DNA of 64,000 bases from Sphaeroforma arctica JP610 (Eukaryota), in the NCBI RefSeq assembly GCF_001186125.1, contig NW_014040144.1, forward strand, positions 7,785 to 71,784, given 5' to 3'. The notes below the pieces were generated by a model. The model did no database searches. It worked only from the letters and a program-made list of their open reading frames with translations, and was not told the origin of the DNA. Numbering within the stretch: position 1 is the first letter of the stretch; every line of letters begins with the position of its first letter. Positions 23,730 to 36,899 of this stretch are shown here, piece by piece. The position numbers and the translations under genes were made by a program.

Positions 23730-26700
23730 AGGAGAGACCAGAGATCGTACTGTATTTCACTTAGGCGAGACCACTACTCTCAATACACATCCATCACTCG
23801 TCCGCCTGCCGTACCCGATCGAACCATTTAAAACTCAGCATGACTTCCCCGGAGTAACGAGGAAAGTGTGGTACGAAACACACTGTCCAAGTCAGTGATA
23901 CGTGCACATAATCTCTCTCCCAGCTCCGGCTGTCTATGTATGTTATGCGTGTTATGCCGCTACTGTGGTAAGGTCTGCCAAGAGCTATTGTGTGCGACGC
24001 AACTGCCTATGTTGCGCGTTTCCGAGTCGACCCCCCCCCCCCCCCCAAATTGTTGAACTCACCGGGACCACTTCTGATACCGAACTGACATCCTATATCA
24101 TGCTGATTGGTGTTGTACTATTCCGGGTCTATTAATAGGATTGCTGGATAAACGCCAGAAGCTGGGTACCAAACGTGCGCCCCCAGATGTAGACCGTACC
24201 CTGGTAGATTTCAGTAGTAATGACTACCTGAGTTTAGGACAATCGCGGACTCTTTGTGAGCGAGTAGGACAGGCCCTAATCGATGGTCCAGAGGCAGGTC
24301 TCGGTAAGTAGAATGTACGCCGAAATTTACTTAAACAGTTCTTCAATGAAATCGCTGTGTTTGAGATGCCAGTTTGCGTATTATAAGTTGTTTTAGGGTA
24401 TGCGAGCAGGTAAGTCGACCTATATTTGATGGTACAGGTCCAGCTCTCGGTGCGTATACCTTCGATAGGACTGTACAGCTTAAAGATGTAACGCGTGTTG
24501 TAAGTGTATAGGTATAGTTAGTTGAGTATCGGGATGTCGCGGATTGCTTGTATTGTGTGGGAGTGACGGTCTAAACGCACGAACGCGAACCCCCGGAATC
24601 TAATGCGGTCATGATAGTTTTTCCTGACGATGTTGTTCTGCTTTGTCAATGCTCACGTGGAATACGTCACCTGGGTAAGAAATTGGTAGAAATCAATTGC
24701 ACAGCGACAAGGAGCATCGCATTAATACAACAGTATTCAATGGGGGTATAAAAGTGTCTATATATATATACCCCATCGCATCTACAGCGCTATACGATTA
24801 AGTGTACAAAGGTGTATATTTTAAAACCCCACCGCATCTACAGCACTATTCGATCAAGTGTACAAAGGTGTCTATATATGAATCCCATCGCATCTACAGC
24901 ACCATTCCATTAAGTGTACAAAGGTGTATATATAAACCCCATCGCATCTACAGCACTATTCGATTAAGTGTACAAAGGTGTCGATATATAAACCCCATCG
25001 CATCTACGGCACTATTCGATTAAGTGCATAAAGGTGTCTATTTATAAACTCCATCGCATCTACAGCACTATTCAATAAATGCACAAAAGTGTCTATTTTC
25101 GAACATGTCTTTTCCCTTCGTTGCCATGCATTGGGTGTATGTTTCAACTATCTTCTCACTGGCGTATGTGAAGGGTCAGCATAAATAGGAATCCTTCATT
25201 TATTATAATTCAGGGTCAACCTAAATTAAGAATTTCTCATTAATTATAATTCAGGGCTAACACAAATTAGGAATCCCTCGATAATCATAATTCAGAGTAA
25301 CATAAGTTAGGATTACCTCATTAATCATATTTCAGAACTACATCTTTTTTATGCATATCGGTTAGACATGCGATGTTGTGTACCCACCATCGTACAGGTC
25401 CTCTTATTCGGGGTGGAGTTTCCGCTAAACTTCTGCTCAATAGGCGTGTGTACAGGGTCAGTATTATTTTTATTTTCACTCACTCGATCCCAGAACTTCA
25501 CCAATACAACTACACACTTTTCGATAGACATCCGAAGGCGTAAACCTAGAATCGGGTATGTCCCCTTTGTAAATCTAGTATCATTCTCGTCACGTATGGG
25601 TTGGGTTTCCCGCCAACCTCCTTCTCATCAACACGCGTTCAGGGCCAGCATAGCATGAGAACTGCACCTTCAAATCCAGAGCTTAATCAATCCTATTCTT
25701 CTCAATGGCCATATGAAGTTGTATACCTGTCAACTATCATACCCTTGTCCTTCTATGTCAAGTTTGAGGTCGACCTTCTACTAACCACCCATCTCTTTTG
25801 GTGTGTGTGTGTACAGGCTCTACAGGGTCTCGATTGTTGTCCGGTAATTCTGTGCTCTGTGAAGACCTCGAACGACACATTGCGCAGTCCTATAGCAGGT
25901 AGGTCTTGGGTGTGCTTAAGAAGGTTGCGAACACACTAAACCATATATATTTTCTAGGATTAAGGGTTTGGGGCTTATTTATAGTATCTATAAGCATGTG
26001 TATATATATTCATCGAGTATATCTTTCGATGTGGATACGATAATTTTGTATGAAATTCGCAGCGCAGTGCAAGAGTGATTACTGACGCCATGCTTCGGGA
26101 TATCGTTGCGTAGTCTGGGCTTATNNNNNNNNNNNNNNNNNNNNNNNNNNNNNNNNNNNNNNNNNNNNNNNNNNNNNNNNNNNNNNNNNNNNNNNNNNNN
26201 NNNNNNNNNNNNNNNNNNNNNNNNNNNNNNNNNNNNNNNNNNNNNNNNNNNNNNNNNNNNNNNNNNNNNNNNNNNNNNNNNNNNNNNNNNNNNNNNNNNN
26301 NNNNNNNNNNNNNNNNNNNNNNNNNNNNNNNNNNNNNNNNNNNNNNNNNNNNNNNNNNNNNNNNNNNNNNNNNNNNNNNNNNNNNNNNNNNNNNNNNNNN
26401 NNNNNNNNNNNNNNNNNNNNNNNNNNNNNNNNNNNNNNNNNNNNNNNNNNNNNNNNNNNNNNNNNNNNNNNNNNNNNNNNNNNNNNNNNNNNNNNNNNNN
26501 NNNNNNNNNNNNNNNNNNNNNNNNNNNNNNNNNNNNNNNNNNNNNNNNNNNNNNNNNNNNNNNNNNNNNNNNNNNNNNNNNNNNNNNNNNNNNNNNNNNN
26601 NNNNNNNNNNNNNNNNNNNNNNNNNNNNNNNNNNNNNNNNNNNNNNNNNNNNNNNNNNNNNNNNNNNNNNNNNNNNNNNNNNNNNNNNNNNNNNNNNNNN

Positions 26701-27116
26701 NNNNNNNNNNNNNNNNNNNNNNNNNNNNNNNNNNNNNNNNNNNNNNNNNNNNNNNNNNNNNNNNNNNNNNNNNNNNNNNNNNNNNNNNNNNNNNNNNNNN
26801 NNNNNNNNNNNNNNNNNNNNNNNNNNNNNNNNNNNNNNNNNNNNNNNNNNNNNNNNNNNNNNNNNNNNNNNNNNNNNNNNNNNNNNNNNNNNNNNNNNNN
26901 NNNNNNNNNNNNNNNNNNNNNNNNNNNNNNNNNNNNNNNNNNNNNNNNNNNNNNNNNNNNNNNNNNNNNNNNNNNNNNNNNNNNNNNNNNNNNNNNNNNN
27001 NNNNNNNNNNNNNNNNNNNNNNNNNNNNNNNNNNNNNNNNNNNNNNNNNNNNNNNNNNNNNNNNNNNNNNNNNNNNNNNNNNNNNNNNNNNNNCATATAT
27101 ATATTTATTATATATC

Positions 27117-27148
<32 letters not shown>

Positions 27149-27434
27149 AGTGGGTGGGTGTGGGTGTGGGTGTATGGTTAGGCCGCTTCTTCTTTTTTTG
27201 ATTTCATGTGTATATGTGCTTGTAGAGCCCCTCGTTTTGTGTTGAGTGGCATGTTGGTAGTCGATATGTGATGTCTCAAATACGAAAGGCAGCACTGGCG
27301 TAAGGTACATTTTAGTGAATAGGTCGAACAGCTTTTATTATTGGGAAACACGCTTGCTTGGAATTCAGCGAGTGCAGTCGCATATACTGATTACATCTCA
27401 ATGCACACATGTACACACACTCTCTCTCTCTCTG

Positions 27435-27492
<58 letters not shown>

Positions 27493-29457
27493 TATATATA
27501 TACTCATTATATAAACAACATACATACTCAATTATCTGCTTGCATATACGCACACACATACACACGCATGGCATGCAGCTATCTAATGTTCCTCGCAGTC
27601 GCACCTACTGACCAGATTTTGGCCCTCTCATATACACAAGAATAAGTCACACTTTAAATACAACCGCACACACAAACAACCGTACAATGAGCACACATGT
27701 ATCAATACCATATGCACACACACTTACACATTACACTATTTATAGCCATACATGCGCACATAGATACAATGCAAACACACACAGTACTGTGATATATACA
27801 CATGTGCTGCACATACAGCTATCACAGGCCTTCTTCGTTACAGGTATGGTATCGGGAAAGGGTGTGTATTCGATGGAGGGAGCGGTCCTGGTCCTGGCAC
27901 GCACACGCATACATAGCAGAGTCACACACATACAGACACTCACACGTACTTGAATATATACAATTGCACATACATGCATATATACTATTTGCACACACAG
28001 AACAATACTTGAATATGCCACACAGCTGTCAGAGGCGCCCCTCGGTACGGGTATAGTGGTGGTGGAGAGTGTGTACTCAATGGATGGATCCATGGCTCCG
28101 CTCAGTGCTGTCTGCGATGTGGTTGATGAGTTCAAGGGCAATCTCATAGTGGACGAGGCACACACGCTAGGTGTGCTATGTGTGTGTCTCTCTCTATGTG
28201 TGTGTGTGCGTGTGTGTGTGTATGTGTGTGTGTGCTGTGTATGTCTATGTATGTGTGTCTGTGCGTGCGTGTGTGTGTATGTGTGTCTCTGTGTGTGTGT
28301 ATGTATGTGTGTCGGTGTCTGTGTCTGTGTGTGTGTGTGTGTGTATTGTGTATGTGTATGTATGAGTGTGTATGTTTGTGTCTGTGTCTGTGTCTGTGTG
28401 TGTGCGCTGTGTATGTGTATGTGTGCGTGTTTGTGTGTGAGTGTGTGTGTGAGTGTGTGTGCCTACTTGAGGCATATGCGTGCTAATACTGTACACGTGA
28501 TGTGCATGTACGTGCGTGGGGTATATGGAGATACACGTTGTGTGTTGTTATGTGTATGTATGCTTTTAAAACCCCTAATGCGCTTTGCGTGCATGTGCAT
28601 ACTGATGAGATATGTGGAGTTAAAACAGGTAATATTTCATGGATGCGATTCAACATTTGATATGTAAATCTGATAAAAAAACTTAGATTTTACGCAGTGA
28701 TAGTAGAAATTTCTTTGTAAATGTAATACAAGCGCCGTTAAACGCAGCATACACACGAGATATAACTAATGCAAATCTGATAAAACAGAACACATTTGAT
28801 TGGTTGAATGAACGACCTGCTATGTTTTGCTACATGGTTAATTAAATACAATACCTCTAATGTTTCAATTGTTAGGTTTATATGGAGACACTGGTGTCGG
28901 CCTTGTCGATTCGTTGAATTTGCGACACCGTGTGTTCGCGACAGTCCATCCCTTCGGAAAGGTGTAAAATTGGAATATATTTTGAGGGGTGATATGTAAA
29001 CCACATCATATTCATTTCTGTATGCATACAAATAGCATATTCTCATCTATGAAGTGTGATGCATTTATACAGCCACCTTGAGTACATTTCTTTATGTACA
29101 CATATAGCGTAACATGTACACACTTATTAAGTGTGATAAATGTATATATATTTAAACATATTCTATATACATGTCTGTATGTTCACAAATGGCACATGAG
29201 CATCTACCGTTTGGTGCCTATCTCAGTTTTGGTATTCACACCGGGGATTCGGCGTTTACGAGCGATCACTTAAGTCACAATTACATTTTCTTCATATGAA
29301 TATGCATGACACATATATACACACATGAATGACTACATGGACAAGAACATAAAAACACATCTAGATGCACACATGAACAGAGTCTCTTTTTTCAAATAGT
29401 GTTGATCTCGGAGTATCCATACGTAATCGGTGAGGCTACGATCGATAGATCTTAAAA

Positions 29458-29491
<34 letters not shown>

Positions 29492-32400
29492 TTCATCCGT
29501 GTTGATAGTGACTATTGATAGAATAGGTGCACAATTGCGCGTACTCCGTCAACATCGTCATTGTTAAGTCATGCAAAAACCATCAGCTTTTCAAAATGCT
29601 AGTACTGCAACTCTATTTGATGTCGTAAAATAACATGGCATGTATATATATATATGTGTGTGTGTGTGTATGTATGTATCTGATCCAATCCGCACTCTTA
29701 CTTCACGATCCCAGGCACTCGGATTTCATGGAGCCGTGATAGTCGGGAGCAATCTATTAATGGAATACCTACACAATTACTCGCGCTCCTTCATCTATAC
29801 CACGGCATTGCCGAACACTTCACTCGTAGCAATCCGTCTGTTATGGGACGAGATGATTACCGCCAAACCCCAACGACAGAAAGTAGCCGGTAAGTGTGCT
29901 TCTCTGTTACACATCAAGTGTAATCTTGTATGCTGGATGCTACGCACGTACAGGAATTNNNNNNNNNNNNNNNNNNNNNNNNNNNNNNNNNNNNNNNNNN
30001 NNNNNNNNNNNNNNNNNNNNNNNNNNNNNNNNNNNNNNNNNNNNNNNNNNNNNNNNNNNNNNNNNNNNNNNNNNNNNNNNNNNNNNNNNNNNNNNNNNNN
30101 NNNNNNNNNNNNNNNNNNNNNNNNNNNNNNNNNNNNNNNNNNNNNNNNNNNNNNNNNNNNNNNNNNNNNNNNNNNNNNNNNNNNNNNNNNNNNNNNNNNN
30201 NNNNNNNNNNNNNNNNNNNNNNNNNNNNNNNNNNNNNNNNNNNNNNNNNNNNNNNNNNNNNNNNNNNNNNNNNNNNNNNNNNNNNNNNNNNNNNNNNNNN
30301 NNNNNNNNNNNNNNNNNNNNNNNNNNNNNNNNNNNNNNNNNNNNNNNNNNNNNNNNNNNNNNNNNNNNNNNNNNNNNNNNNNNNNNNNNNNNNNNNNNNN
30401 NNNNNNNNNNNNNNNNNNNNNNNNNNNNNNNNNNNNNNNNNNNNNNNNNNNNNNNNNNNNNNNNNNNNNNNNNNNNNNNNNNNNNNNNNNNNNNNNNNNN
30501 NNNNNNNNNNNNNNNNNNNNNNNNNNNNNNNNNNNNNNNNNNNNNNNNNNNNNNNNNNNNNNNNNNNNNNNNNNNNNNNNNNNNNNNNNNNNNNNNNNNN
30601 NNNNNNNNNNNNNNNNNNNNNNNNNNNNNNNNNNNNNNNNNNNNNNNNNNNNNNNNNNNNNNNNNNNNNNNNNNNNNNNNNNNNNNNNNNNNNNNNNNNN
30701 NNNNNNNNNNNNNNNNNNNNNNNNNATATATGTTCTATTTATTGTGTTCGGAAGCAAGAGAAAGAATATGTGTATTGCGCGTTTGTATTCGTTGTCATCT
30801 GTATGCGTGCTTGTAAACGGCCGTACAGAACTATATTGCATCAGAGCAGAGAGTATTGTATATCTCATATGTCATCAAGCTCGTGTGCTTAAGTGAACTA
30901 GTTGTTTAGGTGCTATATTGTCCTTAGGACTAACGGTTAGATAGTGTGGGTCCCAGATGTCTTATATAGCGTTAAATTTTTTTGTTAAGTATTCTGTACA
31001 GTTTTCGCAACTTTACAATCTCATCTTCTTTCAATGATAAACGCCGCGTTTTCGACATGTGAACAATTCTTGATATCACATGGCCTCTCAAAGTTTCGAT
31101 TGCCATGTACACAAAAAGTAAAAACGCTCCATGGATACGCAAACTTTCACCACAGGTAGAGACCGAGTTATGTATACACACGTGCACAACAGTCAGCTAC
31201 AATAATAAAAATAGCCGCACACTCAACTCTGGTCGCGACAGAGTTTTGTATATACACACACAACGATATGCATTACTTAACAACCTCGAACCCTCGACCC
31301 TAATCGTGTCCGCATACGCAGAAACGGATTTATTACTTAATTACTCCGTTCAAAAATTATGTTATAGATCTCATCAATCTATTTGGCGCTGAGGCACACG
31401 CAGCCGCTCAGCGCACTCCGAATTTCGACTATATACCGAGCAACAGCCCTATACAGGTAATGTGCACACTTCATACAGTAGTATGCACATGGATATATAT
31501 ATTTATATTTATATTTATATATATATATATATATACATAGGTAGTGTGCACACTTCTTACGGTAGTATAAATGTGAATATATATATATAAGCACTCTCGT
31601 AGATACTATGCAGACGAGGTACACAGCTCTACTTCGTAGTCACGTAAATGTAAGGGGAGGTACTTTTATTCACGTGCTGCAAATTGGGATTGGCTCTCCA
31701 GTACTACTTGTATCATGTATTTGTACGCGTGCATACGGGAGTGTCTGTAGGACTCGCGGTTGACGTGTGTAATTAACCATTGGAATACAATAGTAGATCA
31801 GATTTTGCTTGGTTCTTGGATGGTCGTTGATGCTTACATGTATGTGGGTCGCTTGTTTGATGAAGTGATATCATCTGTCATACCCTCGTATATCTGCGGC
31901 GGTTGCGGATTTTGCTTGGCTCGTTGCATACCGTTGAGCCGTCCAAAACATATAGTCGGAGTGCTGGATGAGCTATACCATCTGCGACAGGGTTATGCTA
32001 ATCTTTGCGTGACCCGTTTCATAGTTGAGCTGTACAAATCATACAGCGGAAGCATTTGTCGAACAGACAACGTCTGTGGTGTGCTTTTGACGACGCATCC
32101 TGATATTAATGCTTCAAATATCTCTGTTTGTCTAGGCTCTTGTCGTTGGATCTAATCACAAAGCCATCTCTGCCGCAGCCTACCTCAAGGTATGTATCTT
32201 GTCGTACATCGCATGCATATATTCATCTCTCTATATTCATGTGGTGTGCAGATGCGTGTATTTTTGTAAAGCTCTAGAGAAAACACTGTATTGCATATTT
32301 ACATTTGCTCCGTAGTTATTTGTGTGGAGTTGATCTTTTAATTGAAATTTGTCGACAGTTCTTTCACATACACTGTATTTATTACGCATATCATTGGCTA

Positions 32401-33046
32401 TAACCAGTCAATTTTAGAGTTCTTATGTTAGTATTCAGACCATACCAGCATCGCACCAGCATATTTATTCACATCAGATGCTAAATGGATTCATATTTGC
32501 ACACAAAGAAATATATTTATATACAAAGCGATTGACATTCCACCGATTCTGGACAGCTTGTTACCTTGTATGTTCTGATCGTCCGCATAGTATACCCCTT
32601 GCTAACTTGTGCATGCTGTTTTCCCGTGTAGCGCCGTGGAATCATGACATTTCCTATTCGCAGCCCGACGGTAGCCAAAGGTAAGTACTTTTCCCAGTCT
32701 GTGAAAATGGACAGCAAACTATGTTATGCTCTCGCGAGCTGAGATTCCTTTTTATTTTTTGGACTACATTTTCCTTTATTTGGCCTGTTAGACTATCTTG
32801 TTTCTCCATGCTGGTTTCCTTTGTTTATATATATAACTGGGCACACGTGCCTTTTACTACTAGAGTAGGTGGTCAGCCCACTAATATATCTATCATCTGC
32901 TAACCTTTAATCCATTGACCTGTTTCTTCATTGTACGCACAGGCACCGAGCGATTGCGAGTGGTACTGCACGCACACAACACCGAGGAAGAGGTCAAGGC
33001 CCTAATTAGTGCATATGAGGCGTTTCTGATAGAATCAGCAACGTAG
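22932..33046 (+). CDS. bioF: 8-amino-7-oxononanoate (KAPA) synthase, PLP-dependent; some exons are lost in assembly gaps
   Basis: Exons 22932-23175 (inferred first), 24139-24303 ([12 protein letters not shown]), 25817-25898 ([11 protein letters not shown]), [gap 26125-27093], 28026-28170 ([19 protein letters not shown]), 28876-28961 ([16 protein letters not shown]), 29715-29889 ([21 protein letters not shown]), [gap 29959-30725], 32136-32189, 32632-32680 ([10 protein letters not shown]), 32943-33046 ([16 protein letters not shown]). Phases are compatible wherever exons are adjacent. Confidence 0.94.
24770..25095. repeat. Intronic minisatellite, ~6 copies of ~56 bp
   Basis: ccccatcgcatctacagcactattcgattaagtgtacaaaggtgt repeated. 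Confidence 0.93.
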
Positions 33047-34139
33047 CATGTGTGCTCTTTATCTCGCCAGACAACTAAGTGGTGTGCTCAGAATTTGTTC
33101 TATGCGGTAGTGACAATCGTCTACGATAACTTCAGCTAGCCATTTCCCGCGGCGGGTTTCTCGGATTTGCAAAGTCTTTGATATGAGATAATTGGAAGTC
33201 ATAATGGCTGAATTCAGAAGTCAATTCAGTGGACACCCTGTATTCCGCAGGGCAAAGCAGTGTGAGAACTCCGAGCATCGTACCACTCTGGAAGCGAATC
33301 GGGAATCAAGTACTCATGGTTCTCAATCACTTAACGCTTATTTATTTGATAGAAGCTTCTGGATTACGCTAGATGTGCAATTGTATTGCTATAAATTGTA
33401 TGTCAACCGATAAATAAAACCCGTTCGGAAGACTACTTGAATGAGTGTCTTTAATTTTTCTGTTGCATATGAAATGGAGCTGGCAGTACTTAGTGAGTAA
33501 CTTGCAGGTTTCCGAATACTGGCAATATACAGTCCAGCTAATCAAACTTACACTGATATCCTGCAGGTAAGAGTGAACGGTGGAATGCAAGCCATTTCTC
33601 AATCTTCACGGGAGAAAGAGATATCCGAACAATGTAAATGTTTATGAGCCATGAGTGTCCGCCCTACGTTGGGAGAATAGGTGCCACGAGCGCTGCTTCT
33701 CAAACTCGTTAAACGGGCGCCAAAGTCATAGATAGTATCATTAAATATGATTATCATTGGTTCTGACTTGGCTTATGGTGGCCCCCAGATGGGTGTATAG
33801 ATACTAATTTTATTATCAATATGATTACTGCCGACTCTGACTTTATAGCCTCTGGCGGACTTACAACGCTACGACCAATGTGATACCCATCCAATATTCG
33901 GGAAGTGTCGAGCAGCGTATGACTGCAGGGCAACGAAGATCTTGTACCGGCGCGTCAATTGTAGCGGGTTTATGCCGAATGATGACAGCAAGAATCTTCA
34001 TGTATTGCTCGTTCCACTAGCACCGATATACTGATATAGACAAGGAGTGGTACTAAATAAATGGCGAGTTTATACATAAAATCTTTAGTCCTTTTAAAAG
34101 CTAACTGTATATATTAAAAACATATACTTCGAAAGCATG

Positions 34140-34211
34140 TCCCGCTTGGCCCAGTGGTAAGGCGTTCGCCTTCTAAGCGAAAGTCCGCGAGTTCGATCCT
34201 CGCAGTGGGAA
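34140..34211 (+). tRNA. tRNA-Arg (anticodon TCT), intronless
   Basis: Acceptor stem tcccgct/agtggga, D arm with tgg, anticodon arm ttcgc-ctTCTaa-gcgaa, T arm gcgag-ttcgatc-ctcgc, and T tracts immediately downstream (Pol III terminator). Confidence 0.95.
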
Positions 34212-35666
34212 TGTTTTGAGTATTTTTTTAGCATTTTTTTTATAAGCCGTTGACAAATGCAGTCATTGACAGGCGCATATTGACCGGAAACCCCGATTGC
34301 ATAACGCTAATGTTTTTTTTGTGCGGCCGATCCTATCCCGCCGATTGTGATTGGCCTGCAAGCGCTCAATTGAGCTTAATTCAAGGGTTGAGGCTATAAA
34401 ATCCCGTCGAAGCAATGTGGGTGGGCCAGAGTTTGATCTACTGGGAGGCTGGTATCGTAGTGCTTGGCTTACAATTGCCGATTTCATGGCACAATAATGT
34501 GAGGTGCACCAATTCTGGCACCATCATAACAGAGCGCTCATGGCAGGGATGTACTTGCTCAGTTTCAGTAGTAGCGTGCGCGATACACTCTGCGCGTTTT
34601 AGACACAGTAATAGGGCGTTTTGGTTGTGTACAAAAATCATGGTAGTACTAGCTCACATTTGTGCCCTTTGACCATTGTATAACCCGATATAGAGCATTG
34701 AGCGCTGACGCTGGCAAATATCTACCGAATACTTCCCTTAGTAAGGATGATCATATTCGCTAGTAAACTTTAGACTTGTACAGTGTCAGCGTAGTTTGTA
34801 CAAGGAGCTGTAACTGTATCTGGCGCAAGCATCTCCTGTACAGTCCAACTTTATCAGCACGAAGATCACCATCCTTTGACACTGCATACGCAGAATTGAA
34901 CAACAATTTGGTATCGCTCAGTAAACAATCGTGCCCATTGTAACATACCTACAGCTGATGTCGGATGTCGTGGGCATCATGTGAGGTACCCAACAACCGG
35001 GATCACCGCAATCCTTGCATGATAGGATACCCGGCCATGATGTCTTTGCTGCTAAAATCGAGTGTGTGTATCATTCACGCACGAACAGTAATAATGGCAA
35101 ATACCTGTAAAATTCGTCTGTAATATATTTGCAATCGATGTTAGAAGGCTGCACTTTCCAAATATTTACATATCGTCATCACTAGCGACGAGAATCGTAC
35201 TTCAAGGCCGTCGTTGTGACGGTTCTGAAAAGCACTGATCAGTATAAACATCATACTGAAGTCCAGTTACATAACGGGCACTCGGCGGCAATTGTATCGG
35301 TCTGAGCACTTGTCCAGATCCCGAACGACTGAAGCAGTACAATAGAAATATAAGGGTAAATAGGGCCAACAAATAAGAGCTGACACTGACAAACGCTGAT
35401 CACTGACGAATCACTGGGCTCTTGTAAACCACACATAATACAGAACGATAAAAAAATAACTGCCAGTCAACCGGGGTGTGCCTATGGATACTCACGGAAA
35501 TGCTGCAATATGGCATCGATTCTACAAAACATGTAGTAGGCACCCACCATCATGTAGCAGATGGCACGATACAACGCGGCCGACGCTCTGAATACATACA
35601 GGCAGAAGGTGATCGCCAATATCTGTCAGAGTTCCCTGCTTTCTTTCATTGACGCGCTGGGTAAAG

Positions 35667-36045
35667 ATGAGAGACTACAGTAGTAGACGTATTTCTATAT
35701 ACGTTAATAACGTTTTACGTCGTCAGCCCGAGAGTAATTTGGGACTTGTTCTCAAATAAATGTGGGTCAGCCCGAGAGAACGTAAGAGTAACTTGAGACT
35801 TCTTCTCAGATTACTCTATTTATAGAATACGGGCCACCGGCTAGCCGAGAGCCGAGGTCCGAGACTGAGTGTAGTAACAGAGGATATAATATATTTATTT
35901 CTAGAAAATATATCCGAGTGCCAAAGTGTTCTGCATAAGGTTTCTCATACTGATCATATGAGTTTTTACCCTGGCCAACCCAAGTGGTTGAACACTAGTA
36001 CAAACACCATCGGTATATAACTGAGGGTGAGATCATAAATAAATT
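35667..36045. repeat. Dispersed/LTR-like direct repeat, copy 1
   Basis: Shares gatgagagactacag, ccgagag motifs and aagtgttctg.ataagg.ttctcatactg..catatgagtttttaccctggcca.cccaa with 39969-40355. Confidence 0.8.
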
Positions 36046-36164
36046 CATTCGAATGGACCATACTTTAGATACACTAGCACTTTACTACTAGTCCCCACAC
36101 CGCACGCTAATATCAGGTCACTCTACTCTCGTGCTACCAACCTATACTACTCCCCAGTAGCTCA

Positions 36165-36375
36165 ACCAGCCTCTCCAGCCAGCCCAGCCCAGCTTAGCTC
36201 AGCCCAGCCACCCACCCACCCACCCACCCACCCAGCCAGCCAGCCAGCCAGCCAGCCAGCCGAGGCAGACAACCCTAATCCCTGAGCCCCTGAGCCCATG
36301 AGCCCCTAAGTCCTGAGCCCTGAGCTCTGAGCCCCGAGACCCTAGACCCGAGACCTCAGCCCTGAGCCCTGAGTC
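36165..36375. repeat. Compound simple repeats: (CAGCC)n, (CACC)n, (CAGC)n, then degenerate (CCCTGAG)n
   Basis: Read directly. Confidence 0.85.
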
Positions 36376-36899
36376 AGCCTACTTTGTAGAGAGCCTCAGA
36401 GTCTACTGTCTCTCGGTGTCTCCGACTCTTCCGCTTCGACAACATCGATTACTCTATCTTGAATTTTCGTCGCCTGGAGTCTTTTTTGTCCCGTCGCTAA
36501 CAAACGATGAAGAGATCAGATACGACTATTACCCTTTACTAGGCCATAGATTCGTCTGAGGTTGATTCTAAATTCAAAATCCAACTACTGTGACACTAGG
36601 AGAAGCCGGGCCCAGGTGACGAAGGGGCGTCTCAGTGCGGGTCAAAAGAGTCGTATCCCACACATACCACGTGCTCAGAAGAAACAGCAAATGATACAAT
36701 TTGCCTTCAGAGATGCGTGAACATCACATGCAAAAGCTTGTGGCGACATCCCGAGATAGATTTGCCGGTCCGGCTTCCAAGTATCATCCTCGGCAAAAAG
36801 AAGTGTGCCAGAGCTTCGCGATACATGTGGACAAAGGATGGGTTGTGTTCTAGAAAGGAAAACGGTGGGGTATGGTGAAAGCGCAAAATAGGATGTTAG

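Noticed and set aside
28171..28667. Cys/Val-rich and Tyr/Ile-rich ORFs (also 44638-44928, 57252-57437, 62099-62899)
   Set aside because: Translations of (TG)n and (TA)n microsatellites.
25975..30896. Long ORF-track entries made of X residues
   Set aside because: Artefacts of N gaps; only the embedded bioF exon 29715-29889 is real.
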